Shown here piece by piece: positions 38,552 through 52,344 of a stretch of DNA of 64,000 nucleotides. This DNA is from Octopus vulgaris (lineage: Eukaryota): positions 78,740,001 through 78,804,000 of the forward strand of contig OX597827.1 in assembly GCA_951406725.2 (NCBI GenBank). Reading direction: 5' to 3'. Position 1 is the first letter of the stretch, and each line of letters starts with the position of its first letter. Made by a program: the position numbers and the translations under genes. Below the pieces are notes generated by a model. It had not been told where the DNA came from. It saw only the letters and a list, made by a program, of their open reading frames with translations, and searched no databases.

Positions 38552-38860
<309 letters not shown>

Positions 38861-39039
38861 CATGTATATATATCATGTATAAAAATATATTCTATACTCA
38901 AGCATTGTTCAACTAATGTAGAAGTGGGCCATAACTTTTTTATTTACTGACATAGGTTAAGCTGCACATATTGGTAAAGTAACTCTTCCTTCATACAAAT
39001 GTACTCCTCCTCCTCCTCTCCCTACAAGTGATGCATTTA

Positions 39040-40130
39040 TACTGTTGTTGAACTCAAGCTGTAAAACCTTTTTGTAAAAATTTGGGTTTGCAAATTTCTT
39101 CCAATTTTACTTTGTCTGTGTCATCAAATATTGTCCCTGAAAATATTGTCCTTCATTGGGCTGAACAAGTGGAAGGTGAATGGTGCCAGATCCAGACTGT
39201 ACGGTGGATGGGGAACCAGTGACCAGCTTAATTTTGTTGATTGCCTGATTTATTGCCAAAGATACATGTGGTCACACATTGTCAGGATGAATGTGGGACT
39301 GATTACAGCTTCATGTTCAACCTCTTCCTCTTAATGCTTTCTTTAAGCCCCTTGTGTGTCCCAGTGTCCTGCTCGTTATTCATGGTTCAGCCACATTCCA
39401 GGAAATCAAGGAGAATAATGTCCTTGTCATTCCCAAAACAGCCCCCATTACCTCATCTGCCAATCCCTGGCTCTTGACCTTCTTAGGTCTTGGATAAAAG
39501 TTATGACACCATTCCATCGACTGGGTCTCTGGTTCTGGATCATAAAGATAAACCCACGTTTCATCTCCTATCAGCAGATCATGAAAAACATGTCTTCATC
39601 AGCTTCAAATGTTTCCAGTAGATTGGAACACACTTTAGCCATTCATGTCTTCAAATTGAGGGTCAACTGCCAAGGTCCTTACTTTGCATGTACTTTCTGA
39701 TACCCCAAATTTTTTACTATCTTCTTTGGTGTATTGTATATTTCTTTACTACCCACGAGGGGCTAAACATAGAGGGGACAAACAAGGACAGACAAAGGGA
39801 TTAAGTCGATTACATCGACCCCCAGTGCGAAACTAGTACTTTATTTATCAACCCCGAAAGGATGAAAGGCAAAGTTGACCTCGGCGGAATTTGAACTCAG
39901 AACGTAACGACAGACGAAATGCCGCTAAGCATTTCGCCCAGCGCACTAACGTTTCTGCCAGCTCGCCACCTTCTTTGGTGTATTGTAACCACAATCCGGT
40001 CATGCATCAAGGCTCATGGCTTGCAACATATCTTTCTCTGCAAATAAATTCATCCACTTCCTGGCAGTTCACGTCAGTGGTCACAGTCAATGGCCTCCAG
40101 CTGTGATCTTCCAACTTGCTTGATTTTCTG
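39040..40130 (-). mobile_element. Mariner-like transposase relic interrupted by a SINE A copy (39739-39970) with TSD CTTCTTTGGTGTATTGTA
   Basis: Minus-strand remnants GDETWVYLYDPEPETQSME and HPPYSLDLAP. The 18-bp duplication flanks the SINE. Confidence 0.7.
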
Positions 40131-40771
40131 AGTTAGACTCCACTTACCGTGTTCTCTTCACTGAGGATCTGGCTGGGTCGATGGCTCATGTTGGTTGACC
40201 ACATGGTCACAGTGGATGAGAAGATATCTTCACTAAATGAAGACTGACTGGGACTGTGTATGATAGGTCACCCGGGAGGGCCTGGGAACATGTAACAAAT
40301 GGTGAATGCAGCAACATGTTGCAACTGCACATGGCCCCCACACCTGATCTGACCATGCCCAACCTGGCTAGCTTTCACATATATTAGTAAATGCTTTGTT
40401 TACCAATTTCTACATCAGAACAAGTATTTACAGTTTAGCTTAGACTATCCAAGGAATTCATCACTGAAGAGACGAAATCAGGTTGAGACTCTGGTGTTCC
40501 ACCTACATTCTCTGCAAAGCCCTGCTTACACATTAGAAATATTTCACACTCTTGTATTTTAATCTAAGACCATTTCAAGTGTGTATATTAATTTAATTCC
40601 AGCCTGGCTGCCCTTACAAATCAATAAAAGCAAGGGAGTCATCCACCTAAGTTTGTTCGATGTGGTTACTTGATCAGCAATAATGAGTTTTCCTTATTTC
40701 CTCTCAGACGTTTGAGAGAAAGCCATAATAGTTGTTGTTGTTTCCAATAAGTGACTTTTCTTTATTTATTA

Positions 40772-41168
40772 CTAGCAGTATCGCCCGGCGTTGCTCGGGT
40801 TTGTAAGGGAAATAACTATATAAGCATTTTTAGAGAGTTATAGCCAAAAAATAGCAAAAAAATGCATTAAAAATTGAAAAAAAATTAAGGTAAATTTTTT
40901 TTTTAAATCGTTGACACATCGTAGGTATTTTTAGAGAGTTACTTCCCTTATATAAAAGCGAAAAAAATGCATTAAAATGGAAAAATATGATGGTAAATTT
41001 TTTAAAAATTGTAGACTCATCGTAGACGCGCGCTAATACCCAGAAGGGCTCGATATGAATCACGACTATAAGATACCCGCTTTTGGTTAAACTGCACTGC
41101 AAAATGTGGGGGTAGTTAGGAATCTAAATCGTAGGAGACAGACACACAACTTCACTCTTATATAAAGA
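40772..41168 (-). mobile_element. Non-autonomous Helitron-like element
   Basis: The minus strand starts A|TCTTTATATAAG, followed by a GT/CTGT microsatellite. It ends with the hairpin CCCGAGCAACGCCGGG followed by CTAG|T. Confidence 0.8.
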
Positions 41169-41184
41169 TGCTTTTTTTTTTCAG

Positions 41185-41498
41185 TCATAGAGTTAGATTT
41201 ATGAAGGTCTTCAGTAGAAAATCCTTCGAATTCTGACTCACTGCTTGATATAATGAAATTTGTATCCATTTTTTGTCAGAATTACAAATTTTGAAAACAC
41301 AATAGGAACAAATTTCGGAAAAAAATCTCCCATAATTCACGGAATTAAAATTACACTTCGATTTTTGTACAAAACTGTATTTGAAGTGTTTACGAAGTAT
41401 AATACGTGTTTTCACAAATGTACTAAAGAGATTTACTCTGATATTCTCATTTAAATATGAATAGGTAAATTCGGGCGGTTTGGTAACGAAAGGGTTAA
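41185..41498 (-). mobile_element. piggyBac-like 5' end fragment
   Basis: Minus strand TTAA|CCCTTTCGTTACC terminus followed by the acidic ORF start MDTNFIISSSESEFEGFSTEDL. Confidence 0.5.
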
Positions 41499-42363
41499 AC
41501 GGATGCATACATTTATTAATAACTATATATAAGTGTCGTCTGTTTATACATAAACACTGTTTCATACTTTCAGTTTAGTCTTCCTCAAATCACTCTGTCG
41601 CTATTTACTCTCTTCCAAGAACATTTTCACTCACTCTTATCTCTTAGCTTGCCATACATTTTACTCATGTATCTATCAGCGTGATAGACAGAAACAAATA
41701 TTACATCTAGTTTCACTTTATTCGTTGCACACTGTGTGTGCGTTTGCGTGTGCTGTAAACCAGACTAAGAAAAGCATTTGACATACACACCAGAATGTGA
41801 GTTTTCTGTAAATTTTGCTTAATTGGAGTTTAAATTTTAAAAACTGGACCTGGCATGACCTGATGCATTCTACTCTTAAAAATGCTAGGTAAATTGTAAT
41901 TGAAGAAATCCTATATTGTAGATTTCTATAAGTGACAAAGGGAGGCAGATAAAATCTGCCTTTTATAATAAGAGATTGTTATGAAGCTGATTGTTTCATT
42001 GGTGTCAATCTCTCTATAAAAGCTGTCGTTATGTGATATATGTATTTTTTTTACTTACTATACAGCAACTATATATTGAAACAACTGTACTGTAGTCAGC
42101 TATTGGCTCACTCATAAAAGAAATACTAACTCTGGTTATAATATATTGAAGGCTGCGTTGAGTTTTGGGGTCTTTTCAATTTTGGTCGTTCAAGATTTAC
42201 AATCTGCTTTTGTGTGTGTGTGTGTGTGGAGATGCAAGGCCTAGTGGTTAAGGGTGTTACACTCATGATTGTAAAATTGTGGTTTTGATTTATGCATTGT
42301 GACCAGCGATGTATAACATCTGACAGTCTGGTTGATAGTGTGATATTATATATATATATATAA

Positions 42364-42893
42364 ACGAGGGTGAGTCAAAAAGTAGTGCCATTTTGTTTAG
42401 GACAGGTATAATTACCAACACAGGGACATGTATCGTACATCAAAAGGGAGCTTATTATGAGTTTATTGCTTTTCCTTTTGGCAAGAAATCCCAAAAGACA
42501 GTCGCCATGATTTTTCCAGCTGACTTTTGCATCTTGAACTTTTTCGGTGATGTAGAGTGGCGCCATTCCATTGACGGCCTCTTTGATTCCAGTTCATAAT
42601 GATGAACCCATGTTTCATCACCTGTTATGAGCCTTTGAAAGAAGGTGTTGTCTCTTTGACTTTGTAGTGAAGAAGTGGCTCAAAGAACAGTCAACAGAAT
42701 TCTACGGGGCAGCGATATATGCTCTCATTCGAAGGTGGAATTATTGCTATTGAGAGAAACGGTGACTATGTTGAGAAGTAGGGATGTGGTCCAGAGAGGA
42801 CCAGCTTCATTTTGATATATGATACATGTGTTCCTGTGTTGGTAATTATATCTGTCCTAAACAAAATGGCATTACTTTTTGACTCACTCTCGT
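42364..42893. mobile_element. Mariner-derived non-autonomous element with ~90-bp inverted ends
   Basis: ACGAGGGTGAGTCAAAAAGTAGTGCC... is mirrored at the right end. Internal fragments translate to TGDETWVHHY...KSAGKIMATVFWD (-) and KKWLKEQSTEFY...NGDYVEK* (+). Confidence 0.85.
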
Positions 42894-43452
42894 GTGTGTG
42901 TGTGTGTGCATGTATGGTTTTTTTTTCTTTGTTTATTTTTTATATACAGTACAATAATACAGGTTGATGGCTTGTATTTTCTTCTTGAATTTCAACATTT
43001 CAGCATCAGAATCCCTTAAGGAAATCTGCAGAAATACAAAGTAAAAGTACAAACCATTGATCAATAGTATTGCTTTATAACTTGCATTGTTTTGGCTACA
43101 TAAAAAAACCCCATTAAAAACATATCTATCTATCTATATATATATGTGTGTGATGATGATGATGATGATGGTAGTCTCTTGTAATCTGAGAAAGACAGTT
43201 CTGTGCAATTTGTTGCTGAACAATCTGCACAAATGATTTGTTTAGTGATCAAATGAATTGATGCCCGAACAGGTGCATGGTGTACCACACATCAGGTATC
43301 AAGTGATTGCAGAGCAATATGAGATGTGTTTTGCTCAAGGATGCAATGCAGCACCCAGTTCAGGAATTGAAACCATGATTTCATTGATCAAGTGTGCAAT
43401 GCTCTAACGACTAGGCCATGTGCCCTCACAAAACACATACACGCACACACAC

Positions 43453-44343
43453 ACGAGGGGGTACCCAAAAGAAACTGGAATTTTGCAACATTATTTCATT
43501 AGTTTTACATCTTTATACTTTTATTGCCTTCAAAGTTTTCTCCGTTTAAAGCGATGCAGTCAGTTGTATTTTCCACTGTTCAAAGCAGTCCTGGAATTCT
43601 TGTGAAGCGATGCCTTTTAATGCCTCCATTGTTTTTTCCTTCACCTCTTCCACATCTGCAAATTCCATGGCCCCAACTTTCATTATCATTGATGACCTTC
43701 AAAAAAGGGCCCAGATCAACTTTTAACTGTTCTTTCAGTTCATGACATGCATTCAGACGTGATTGCTTTTGATCTTCCGTGAGCAAGTGAGGCACAAATT
43801 TTACTGCAACTCTCTACATTTGCAATTCCTCACTCAAAATTCCTTAGCTGGAGCTCCCAGGACACACCAGTCATATCAACAAGTTTGTCAATTGTTCAGC
43901 AACAGTCCTTCATGATCAGTTCATGAATTTCATGATGTTTTCATTTGTTCAAGAGGTCGATGGTCACCCCGTGCGAGGTTGGTCTTCAAGTGACCATTCC
44001 TAAAGCATGAAAATCACTCGTAAACTTGTGTTTTGCTCATGGCAGTGTTCTTGTAAGCTGTTTGAGGCATGACAACTGTTTTGGCCACTGTTTTCCCCAG
44101 CAGGAAACGGAATTTCATGGAAACATGTTGTTCTTTGTTTCAGCTATCGCAGAAATTTCACAAAAAGGGGAGAAGCACTACAAAACAAAGATACACAACG
44201 TGGCCGTACCACTTCACTCGATGATGCTGGTCAGAAGACTGATACCTGAGAGCCATACCAAATGGCTTTAAGTGGTGGAAGCCTGAACTACATGGGCTTG
44301 GCCCACAGAGAACGTTTCTGGTTACTTTTAGGTACCTCCTTGT
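43453..44343 (-). mobile_element. Internally deleted mariner element
   Basis: The left TIR ACGAGGGGGTACCCAAAAGAAACTGGAA corresponds to the reverse complement of TTCTGGTTACTTTTAGGTACCTCCTTGT at the right end. ORF VPHLLTEDQKQSRLNAC...INDNESW. Confidence 0.8.
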
Positions 44344-44368
44344 ATGTATATATATATATATATATATA

Positions 44369-44870
44369 TATTATATTAAATTAGAGATAAAACCACTATT
44401 AGGCAAATCAAACAGTGAAAAACATAAGCCAATACATAAAATTAATTTAAAAATATAAAAGTTAAAAATAAAAATTATTTAAATAATTTAAACTTATAAA
44501 TTGACTGTAACCATAACTCGAATTATTAATTGAATTTAAATTATTGTTATTCGAATTGGTACAGCCATGAAACAATCGTAGTGTTTTACTCTTTATCTTT
44601 TATTAAACTTTTAATACTTTTGATATTTAAAAAAAAAATTAATAAATAAATTAATTAATTAATTAATTAATAAATAAAATAATATATAAATATAAAAATA
44701 TACATACATATATATATATTTGTATATATATATAAAATTTATAAGTTTAAATTATTTAAATAATTTTTTATTTTTAACTTTTATATTTTTAAATTAATTT
44801 TATGTATTGGCTTACGTTTTTCACTGTTTGATTTGCCTAATAGTGGTTTTATCTCTAATTTAATATAATA
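44369..44870. repeat. Long inverted repeat with ~132-bp arms and ~240-bp spacer
   Basis: 44369-44500 is the reverse complement of 44738-44870, with about one substitution and one indel by eye. Confidence 0.9.
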
Positions 44871-47219
44871 TAATATAATATATTTATACTATAAAATTGG
44901 ATTTAATCCTAAATTTCATTTTTCCCTGTAAGTTTGGATTTATTCCCTAATATTATTATTATTATATATATATAATAAAACGTCTTTGATGTTTGAAGCC
45001 TAAGCTCTTCAATGAGGGTAAAAACATGGAGAGGGAACATAAAAACAGAAAGAAAGAGCAATAAATAGACACACACACACAAATGTAGATTATCATCTGT
45101 TTCTCTTCCACTTTTCCCTGCCTGCATGGGTCAAATGGAATCTGTTGAAGCAGAATTTCTACAGCTGGATGCCTCTGCTGTTGCCAACTCTCACTTGTTT
45201 CCTAACAAGATATTATTTCTCAACGGTTACTTTTTTACTCTTTTACTTGCTTCAGTCATTTGACTGCAGCCATACTGGAGCACCGCCTTTAGTCGAGCAA
45301 ATCGACCCCAGGACTTATTCTTTGTAAGCCTAGTACTTATTCTATCAGTCTCTTTTGCCAAACCACTAAGTTATGGAGATGTAAACACACCAGCATTGGT
45401 TGTCAAGCAATGTTGGGGGAACAGACACACAAGCACACACACATATATATATACATATACACGGGCTTCTTTCAGTTTCCGTGTACCAAATCCACTCACA
45501 TGGCTTTGGTCCGAGGCTATAGTAGAAGGCATTTGCCCAAGGTGCCACGCAGTGAGACTGAACCTTGAACCATGTGGTTGGTAAGCAAGCTACTTACCAC
45601 ACAGCCATTCCTGTGCCATGTTGGACATGTTTTCATGGAATGGATACCACTTGTATACCGATGATGCTCATTTACAACTATCATGTGATATCAAAACAAA
45701 AAAAAAAGGGCCCACACATACACACGCAACAGGCTCCTTTCAGTTTTTATCTGTAGAAATAGTTGAAGACGACCAGATGATGTGCATTGGGATTGAACTT
45801 GAAACCCCATGGTTGAGAAACAAACTTCTTAACCACACTGAATGGCACTTTGAGTCAGTGTCTTCTGCTATGACTTCATGCCAATTAAAGTCTTGTGAGT
45901 GGATTTGTTAGATGAAAACTAAACGAAGCCCATCATTCGTGTGCATCTATTTATTGTAATTATTTGAAAATCACTCAACTATGCCTTGAAGCATATCAGG
46001 GTGTGGAGTGAAATAATCCTTATTTGAAAAACAGTTTAGGAATAGGGACAGGAGGGGCATCCTGTTGTCAGATAATGCTTCAGTAATCTATTCCTTTAAC
46101 CCATGCTGGCATGGAAAAAACAGATGTGAAAATAAATGAATTCAAGGTAAATTGCTCCATTTGTTTGTTTTTAAAATATCCTTGATTTCTCGTGCAAAAC
46201 AATAGCAACATAATGCGTTGAAACGGAGTTAAATGAAATAAATTACCATGTTATTACAGGGAAAATAAATCTCAAATAACACCACAGTGAAGCTGTTTGT
46301 GAGATGCTAAGCCAAATCTTTGCCAAAATAACTTATTAAAGTGGTATGGCATGACATTCAAATATCTTGTAGAGGCAGCCTTTTTTTTTTTTTTTTTTTT
46401 GCTTTATTTTTCAGATGTAAGTTTTATTGTTAATATATTTTGCAGTTTTGCAAGGCAGAGAGCTGGCAGAATCATTAAAATGCCGGACAAAATGTTTAGT
46501 GACATTTCATCCATTTTTATGTCCTAATTTCAAATTCTGCCAGGGTCACCATTGCCTTTCTTCTTTTCGAGGTCAATAAAACAAGAACCAGTCAGACACT
46601 GAGGTCAATGTAATTGACTTTGTCCTTCTTCAAAATTGCCGGCCTTGTGCCAAAATGTGAAACCAATATATTTTATAGTTTTATTTACAACCATCAAATA
46701 CTGTAATGTCATGGGAGACTGTTATAGATTTCTCATGGACAACTATAATACAATCTGTTTTATGTGTGAAAGAAAAAGTACCAAAAATATGTAAATGTTA
46801 TTTTGTGAAAACTGAGTAAAAAACATTTTGGACAGAGATCTCTTGTTATTTGAAAATGATTTTGTTTTTTGTAAGATGTTAATTTATTTCATTTCACTTG
46901 ATTTTGTTTAAAATACTTTGCCACTTTTGTTTTGTACCAGAGGTCGAGGACATTTTCAAAGTCAACATTTTCAGCAAGATCACCTTCGAATATTTCTATC
47001 TATTTTTATATCCATAGATCCTTAATCACTTACATCCATGGTCCTTTAAAACTTTTATATCCATAAAGCTATTACAGAAAAACTAAACCTCCTCCACTTA
47101 CTTCCTTCTACTCTGCTACTTTTGATTGTAATTTATCTTGTTTTTTAGTTTATCTTATTTAATTTCATCTTTCTCCTTTACCATTCCTAACCTCTCTTAC
47201 TAATGGCTTTATCCTGTTA

Positions 47220-47792
47220 TCTAGTATATAAAAATCACAGTATGTGTGTGGATATTGACTAGCTCATACATTTCCACATTTCTCAACCAATTTTCACCAA
47301 ACTTTACACATGAATTACTTATGTGCCAAGGATGGTCATGCATTATAACATTTTGCCCAGAGCTCCCGTGTAAACAGACAAACCGGAAAAAACAGTGATT
47401 TACATGGGTTTTTCTCTCATTTATTGTATGTACATAGTTTTACTGTATGTTAGGTCTTCCATACTTTTTAAATCTTTATGATCATATATTGATATTAGAG
47501 AATATTTTTTAGTGGTTTTCACATTTTAAAAATTTATTATTTATATGTTGTAATTACGTATTATTACTTTCTGTATATTTTTTATATGTGTATTGGTGTA
47601 TATTGTTTGAGGGTTTTGCTTAGAGAATATTATAAAAGTGAAGGGATTTTGTCTATTTCAACTGTTTCCCATACTTTTTAAAATCCATCTGGTTGTATAT
47701 TTGCATTACAGAATATTTCTTAGTTTTCACATTTAAAAAATTTATTATTTATTTATATGTTAAACTGTCTAAAGGACTGGTGTGTTTGCTAG
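47220..47792 (+). mobile_element. Non-autonomous Helitron-like element
   Basis: A|TCTAGTATATAAAAATC start followed by a GT tract, an internal ~100-bp direct repeat (47457-47550 and 47667-47762), and a CTAG|T end. The subterminal hairpin is degenerate. Confidence 0.6.
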
Positions 47793-47811
47793 TCTTACAA
47801 TATATATATAT

Positions 47812-47877
<66 letters not shown>

Positions 47878-48070
47878 CCAAAAATGGTTTCAAGAGAATA
47901 TTAATCCTGGCGGCTACTGTGTTAATTCTTAGATTGGTTCTCAATGCCGGCTAGCCCCAGCAAATATTGGTGAAACTCAAATTAATGACCGTTTACTAAA
48001 CTTGGTAGTAAATCCTTGCTTAGTAAATCTGAATGTTCTTTTAGGGACTGCATTTTTTCTGCAGAAAAAA

Positions 48071-48204
48071 ATAGTGAAATCAATGAAGATTAGGAGAATG
48101 GAGATTTTCACATCCATATTTTAACAAGGAACAATGTTAATAACTTCATAATGAAAAATGGATGTGAAAATCTCCATTCTCCTGATCTTCCTTAATTTCA
48201 CTAT
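48071..48204. repeat. Short hairpin or MITE with ~47-bp inverted arms
   Basis: 48071-48117 pairs with 48158-48204 with about 3 mismatches. Confidence 0.8.
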
Positions 48205-49305
48205 GTATACGTGTATATCGTTCCATATGTCTGTCTGTGTGTCTATCTCAATTTTAGGACACAATGTAAAATGTCACATCAGAATTTGTGACACCAGAAA
48301 AGTAATAATGACTTGGTCATGGACTGGGCATTTTAATCCTAAATCCACAGGGACAGGGATGATCTGGGTATAAACATCACTACCAATCAATAAAACTTTG
48401 GTGTAATTGCAGAGAAACAAATGACGATAATGAAATTTTCCATTGATTGTATGTGTGTGTGTGTGTATATATATATAATCATTATAGATATAGGGCAAAA
48501 AATTATTAATTTAATAAATTAACAAATTTTACCATGTAGTTTCAGTTTGGAAAAGAACCATTTTCGGTAAAAACTTATACAAAAGGTATAATCGAAAAAG
48601 TAATCGAAGACTGTTTGATTTCATTATTTTTCTTCTTTTAACCTATGTGAGTTACAAATATTGTTATCTGTGGAGACATATTTTGTAGGAAAAAGAAATA
48701 GCGGTCTTTTGGCTGCTATTTTTAAATTTTCGGTATTTGGTGAAGCAACTTGTTGCTAAACCCTTAATTATTGTTATAATTATATATATTGGACACTAAA
48801 CTCTGCTTGTGAAGACCTGTTGAGGCAAGTGAAATCAAAATCAAATTCGATGACTCGCATCCGTGCTAGTGGAGCGCTAAGAGCACCATCCAAGCATGAT
48901 TGTTGCCAGAATGGCTAACTGGCTTCCGTGCTGGTAGCACGTAAACAGCATCATTTGAGCGTGATCGTTACCAGCGTGACCTTACTGGCACTTGTGCTGG
49001 TTGCACGTGAAGAAACATTCAAGCGGGGTCGTTGCCAGTGCCGCTGGACTGGCTCCTGTGCAGGTGGCATGTAAAAAACACCATTTGAGCGTGGTCGTTG
49101 CCAGTACTGCCTGACTGGCCCTCATGCCAGTGGCATGTAAAAGCACCCACTACACTCTCGGAGTGGTTGGTGTTAAGAAGGGCATCCAGCTGTTGAAACT
49201 CTGCCAGATCAAGATTGGAGCCTGGTGCAGCCATCTGGTTCGTCAGTACTCAGTCAAATCGTCTAACCCATGCTAGCATGGAAAGCAGACGTTAAACGAT
49301 GATGA

Positions 49306-49347
<42 letters not shown>

Positions 49348-50577
49348 TGGCAGTGAGATGACCATGTGATAAGAAGTTCTGTGCCCAGTTGTGATTAAAT
49401 AACTGCTGGGATTAATATACATTACATAATGTGTATAACTATATCATTGTTATCAGTGTTTGTTGACAGCATGCTTGAGGGGTCACCTGCAAGTTGATGA
49501 AACAATTGTAAACCATGGAATAAATGTAATGCTATATATGCCACTTTTCTCTTATATAGATGTGTGTGTGTATATATGTATATGTGTATATGGGCATACA
49601 TGTGTGTATGTCTGTGTATATGTATATATGTTTGCGTGCATATATCTATTAATGTGTGTGTGTATATCTAGATGTGTGTGTGTGTGTATTTATTTGTGTG
49701 TGTGTGTGTGCGTGTGGAGAGGTTTGGTGCCAACTGTGTTGTGTGTCACTGTTTATTGCCATTAACAATGAGCTGGAAGTTTAGTTGGTCAACTATCAAA
49801 CAGGAACAATGTGTGTGTGGTTCAGGTTGCGTCTGAATGTTTTTTGTGGGTTCCTGGTTTTTACCAAATGACAAGTGGTTGGCATGGAAACGGATTAGGA
49901 GTGGGAGGTGGGGTGGGGGGTATGTGGAACAGTGATAGGAATGGGATGATCACCATCCTTTAATTGCAGGGCTCATGGTATGTTGCTGAGATTGTTCTGG
50001 TGTGATGTGGATTTCAGGATATGTGTGTGTGTGTGTTCATGTATATTTGTGTGTGATCCAGTGTCAGTATGTATATGATTTATAAAATATTTTGTGTATG
50101 TGTATAAGAAACAAATGGCATTGTGTGTGTGTCTGTGTGTCTTTATCTTTTACTTATATCAATCATTAGACTGCAGCCTTGCCAGGGCACCACCTCGACG
50201 GGTTTAGCCAAATTGACCCCTGTACATTTTTTCTTTAAAAGTCTGTTACTTATTGTATCAGTCTGTTTTTACCAAACTGCTAAGCTATGAGATGTAAACA
50301 AACCGACACCAGTTGTCAAGCAGTGGTAGGAGACAAACATGCACACACACACACGCAGGCACACACACACGCAGGCACACACACACGCAGGCACACACAC
50401 ACACACACATCTGAACCCCTTCCTGTCCACGCATTCCAAACAAAACTCTTTGTGTGTGTCCCTCTTTGTCTTCCTCTCCATCTTCTCATCCCATTCTATT
50501 TCATTCTGTCAATAAGATGGGGGTCTACGTAATCCTCTTCTTCTGACTTCCTTCCACTACTACTGCTGCTGCTGCTG

Positions 50578-50610
<33 letters not shown>

Positions 50611-50898
50611 TTTCTTCTTTTTTTTCTTCTTTTTCTCCTCCTCCTCCTCCTCCTCCTCATCATCATCATCAACAGTCATCATGGCAGTGAACTGGCAGAA
50701 TTGTCATCTTGCTGGGCAAAATGCTTTTCAGCATTTCATTTGTCTTTTCGTTCTGAGTTCAAATTCTGCTGAGGTTGCCTTTATCTTTTTCATCCTTTCA
50801 GGATCAATAAAATAAATACCAGTTGATTGCTGGGGGTTCGATGCAGTCAACTTGCCCCTTTCCCAAAAATCTCAGGCCTTGTGTCTATAGTGAAAGGG

Positions 50899-50959
<61 letters not shown>

Positions 50960-51267
50960 TATGTTTGACTTTTGCTTTATATTTGTACAAGTTGGCCCCA
51001 AGTCTCACCCAGAGACCTCAAGAGGCAACAGGTTGGAAGTTCGTGATGTTGTTATGCCTAGTGTGCCATATATTTGGTTTTGTATTTAGTGTTGTACTAG
51101 TGAATGCCTAAAAAAAAAAACGAAAGTTATGTTTGTTTTAAAACTTGATGTTACATTGAAAGTATTTTGTGTAGGATATGAGCAGTTCCCATGAGCACTA
51201 TCTTTTGAATTTCTGTCATTTTGGGGTTTTCCAGTATCTGAGTTAGGTAGCAATCAGCCCCTTTTGC

Positions 51268-51309
<42 letters not shown>

Positions 51310-51557
51310 CATTATTATTATTACTAAGGCAGCAAGCTGACCGAGTTGTCAGCAAGCCAGATGAGGTGTGTAGTGACATTTCTTTTAACTTTATATCTGG
51401 AGTTCAAATACCACCGAGGTCAACTATGCCTTTTATCCTTTTGAGGTCTACAATTACCAATTAAGTACTGGGGGTTGATGTAATCAACTAAGCCTCTACT
51501 CCTTAATTTCAGGCCTAGTACCTAAAGTAGAAAGGATTGTTATTCTTATTATAAAAC

Positions 51558-51830
51558 AGGGATATCCAAAGTGGGCAGTACTGCTTCCTTGGGAGCAGTG
51601 GAAAGATCCGTGGGGGTGGGGTCGTTGATGAAAAGTGGGATGATAATGGGGTGATAGATGTAAAAGAAAATATATTAATAGTTTAATTAGGTTTAAGTTT
51701 TATTTGTGAAATACAGTGGTTTTGAATTTGCTGCAGAAAGTGGTCTATATTTGTGGTGGGGAGGGGGAGGGGTGCTAGGAATGTGGCCTGGGTGCCAAGA
51801 GGATGGCAGCCTGAAAAAGAAATCATTGTT
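51558..51830. mobile_element. Decayed hAT-like MITE
   Basis: Starts CAGGGATATCCAAAGTGGGCAGTAC..., resembling CAGGG-type hAT termini. The right end is not clearly resolved. Confidence 0.35.
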
Positions 51831-52344
51831 ATTAACATCACAATAAGTTTTACAGACACACAAGACTTTTTGAAAATTCTAAGTTCAAAGAGAAGGAATG
51901 GTATTTGATCTTTTTTGTGGTAGAAAATAAATTTTTACGGTTGTCTTACTCCCGTTCCAAGTGATCTGAAAATTGTGAATGGGGATATTTGCCACTGTTT
52001 CAATACCAGCTTGACTAAGATATATCTAAAATCTTAGCTTTAATGAAAATTATATTGAATAATTGTTTTGCAGTGGAATTATTTATTTTCAAAATGTTTC
52101 GTGGAGTTCTGTCAATTTATTTTAATACTAGCAGAGACACCTGGTGTTGCTTGGGATTAAAATGGCATAGTTTTTTTATTGTTTTACTTGTTTCAGTCAT
52201 GTGATTATGGCCATGATGGAGCACCGTCTTTAGTCGAACAAATTGACCCCAGGATTTATTCTTTGTAAGTCCAGTACTTATTGTATTGGTCTCTTTTGCC
52301 AAACCACTAAGTTACAGGGACATAAACACACACACACATATGTA

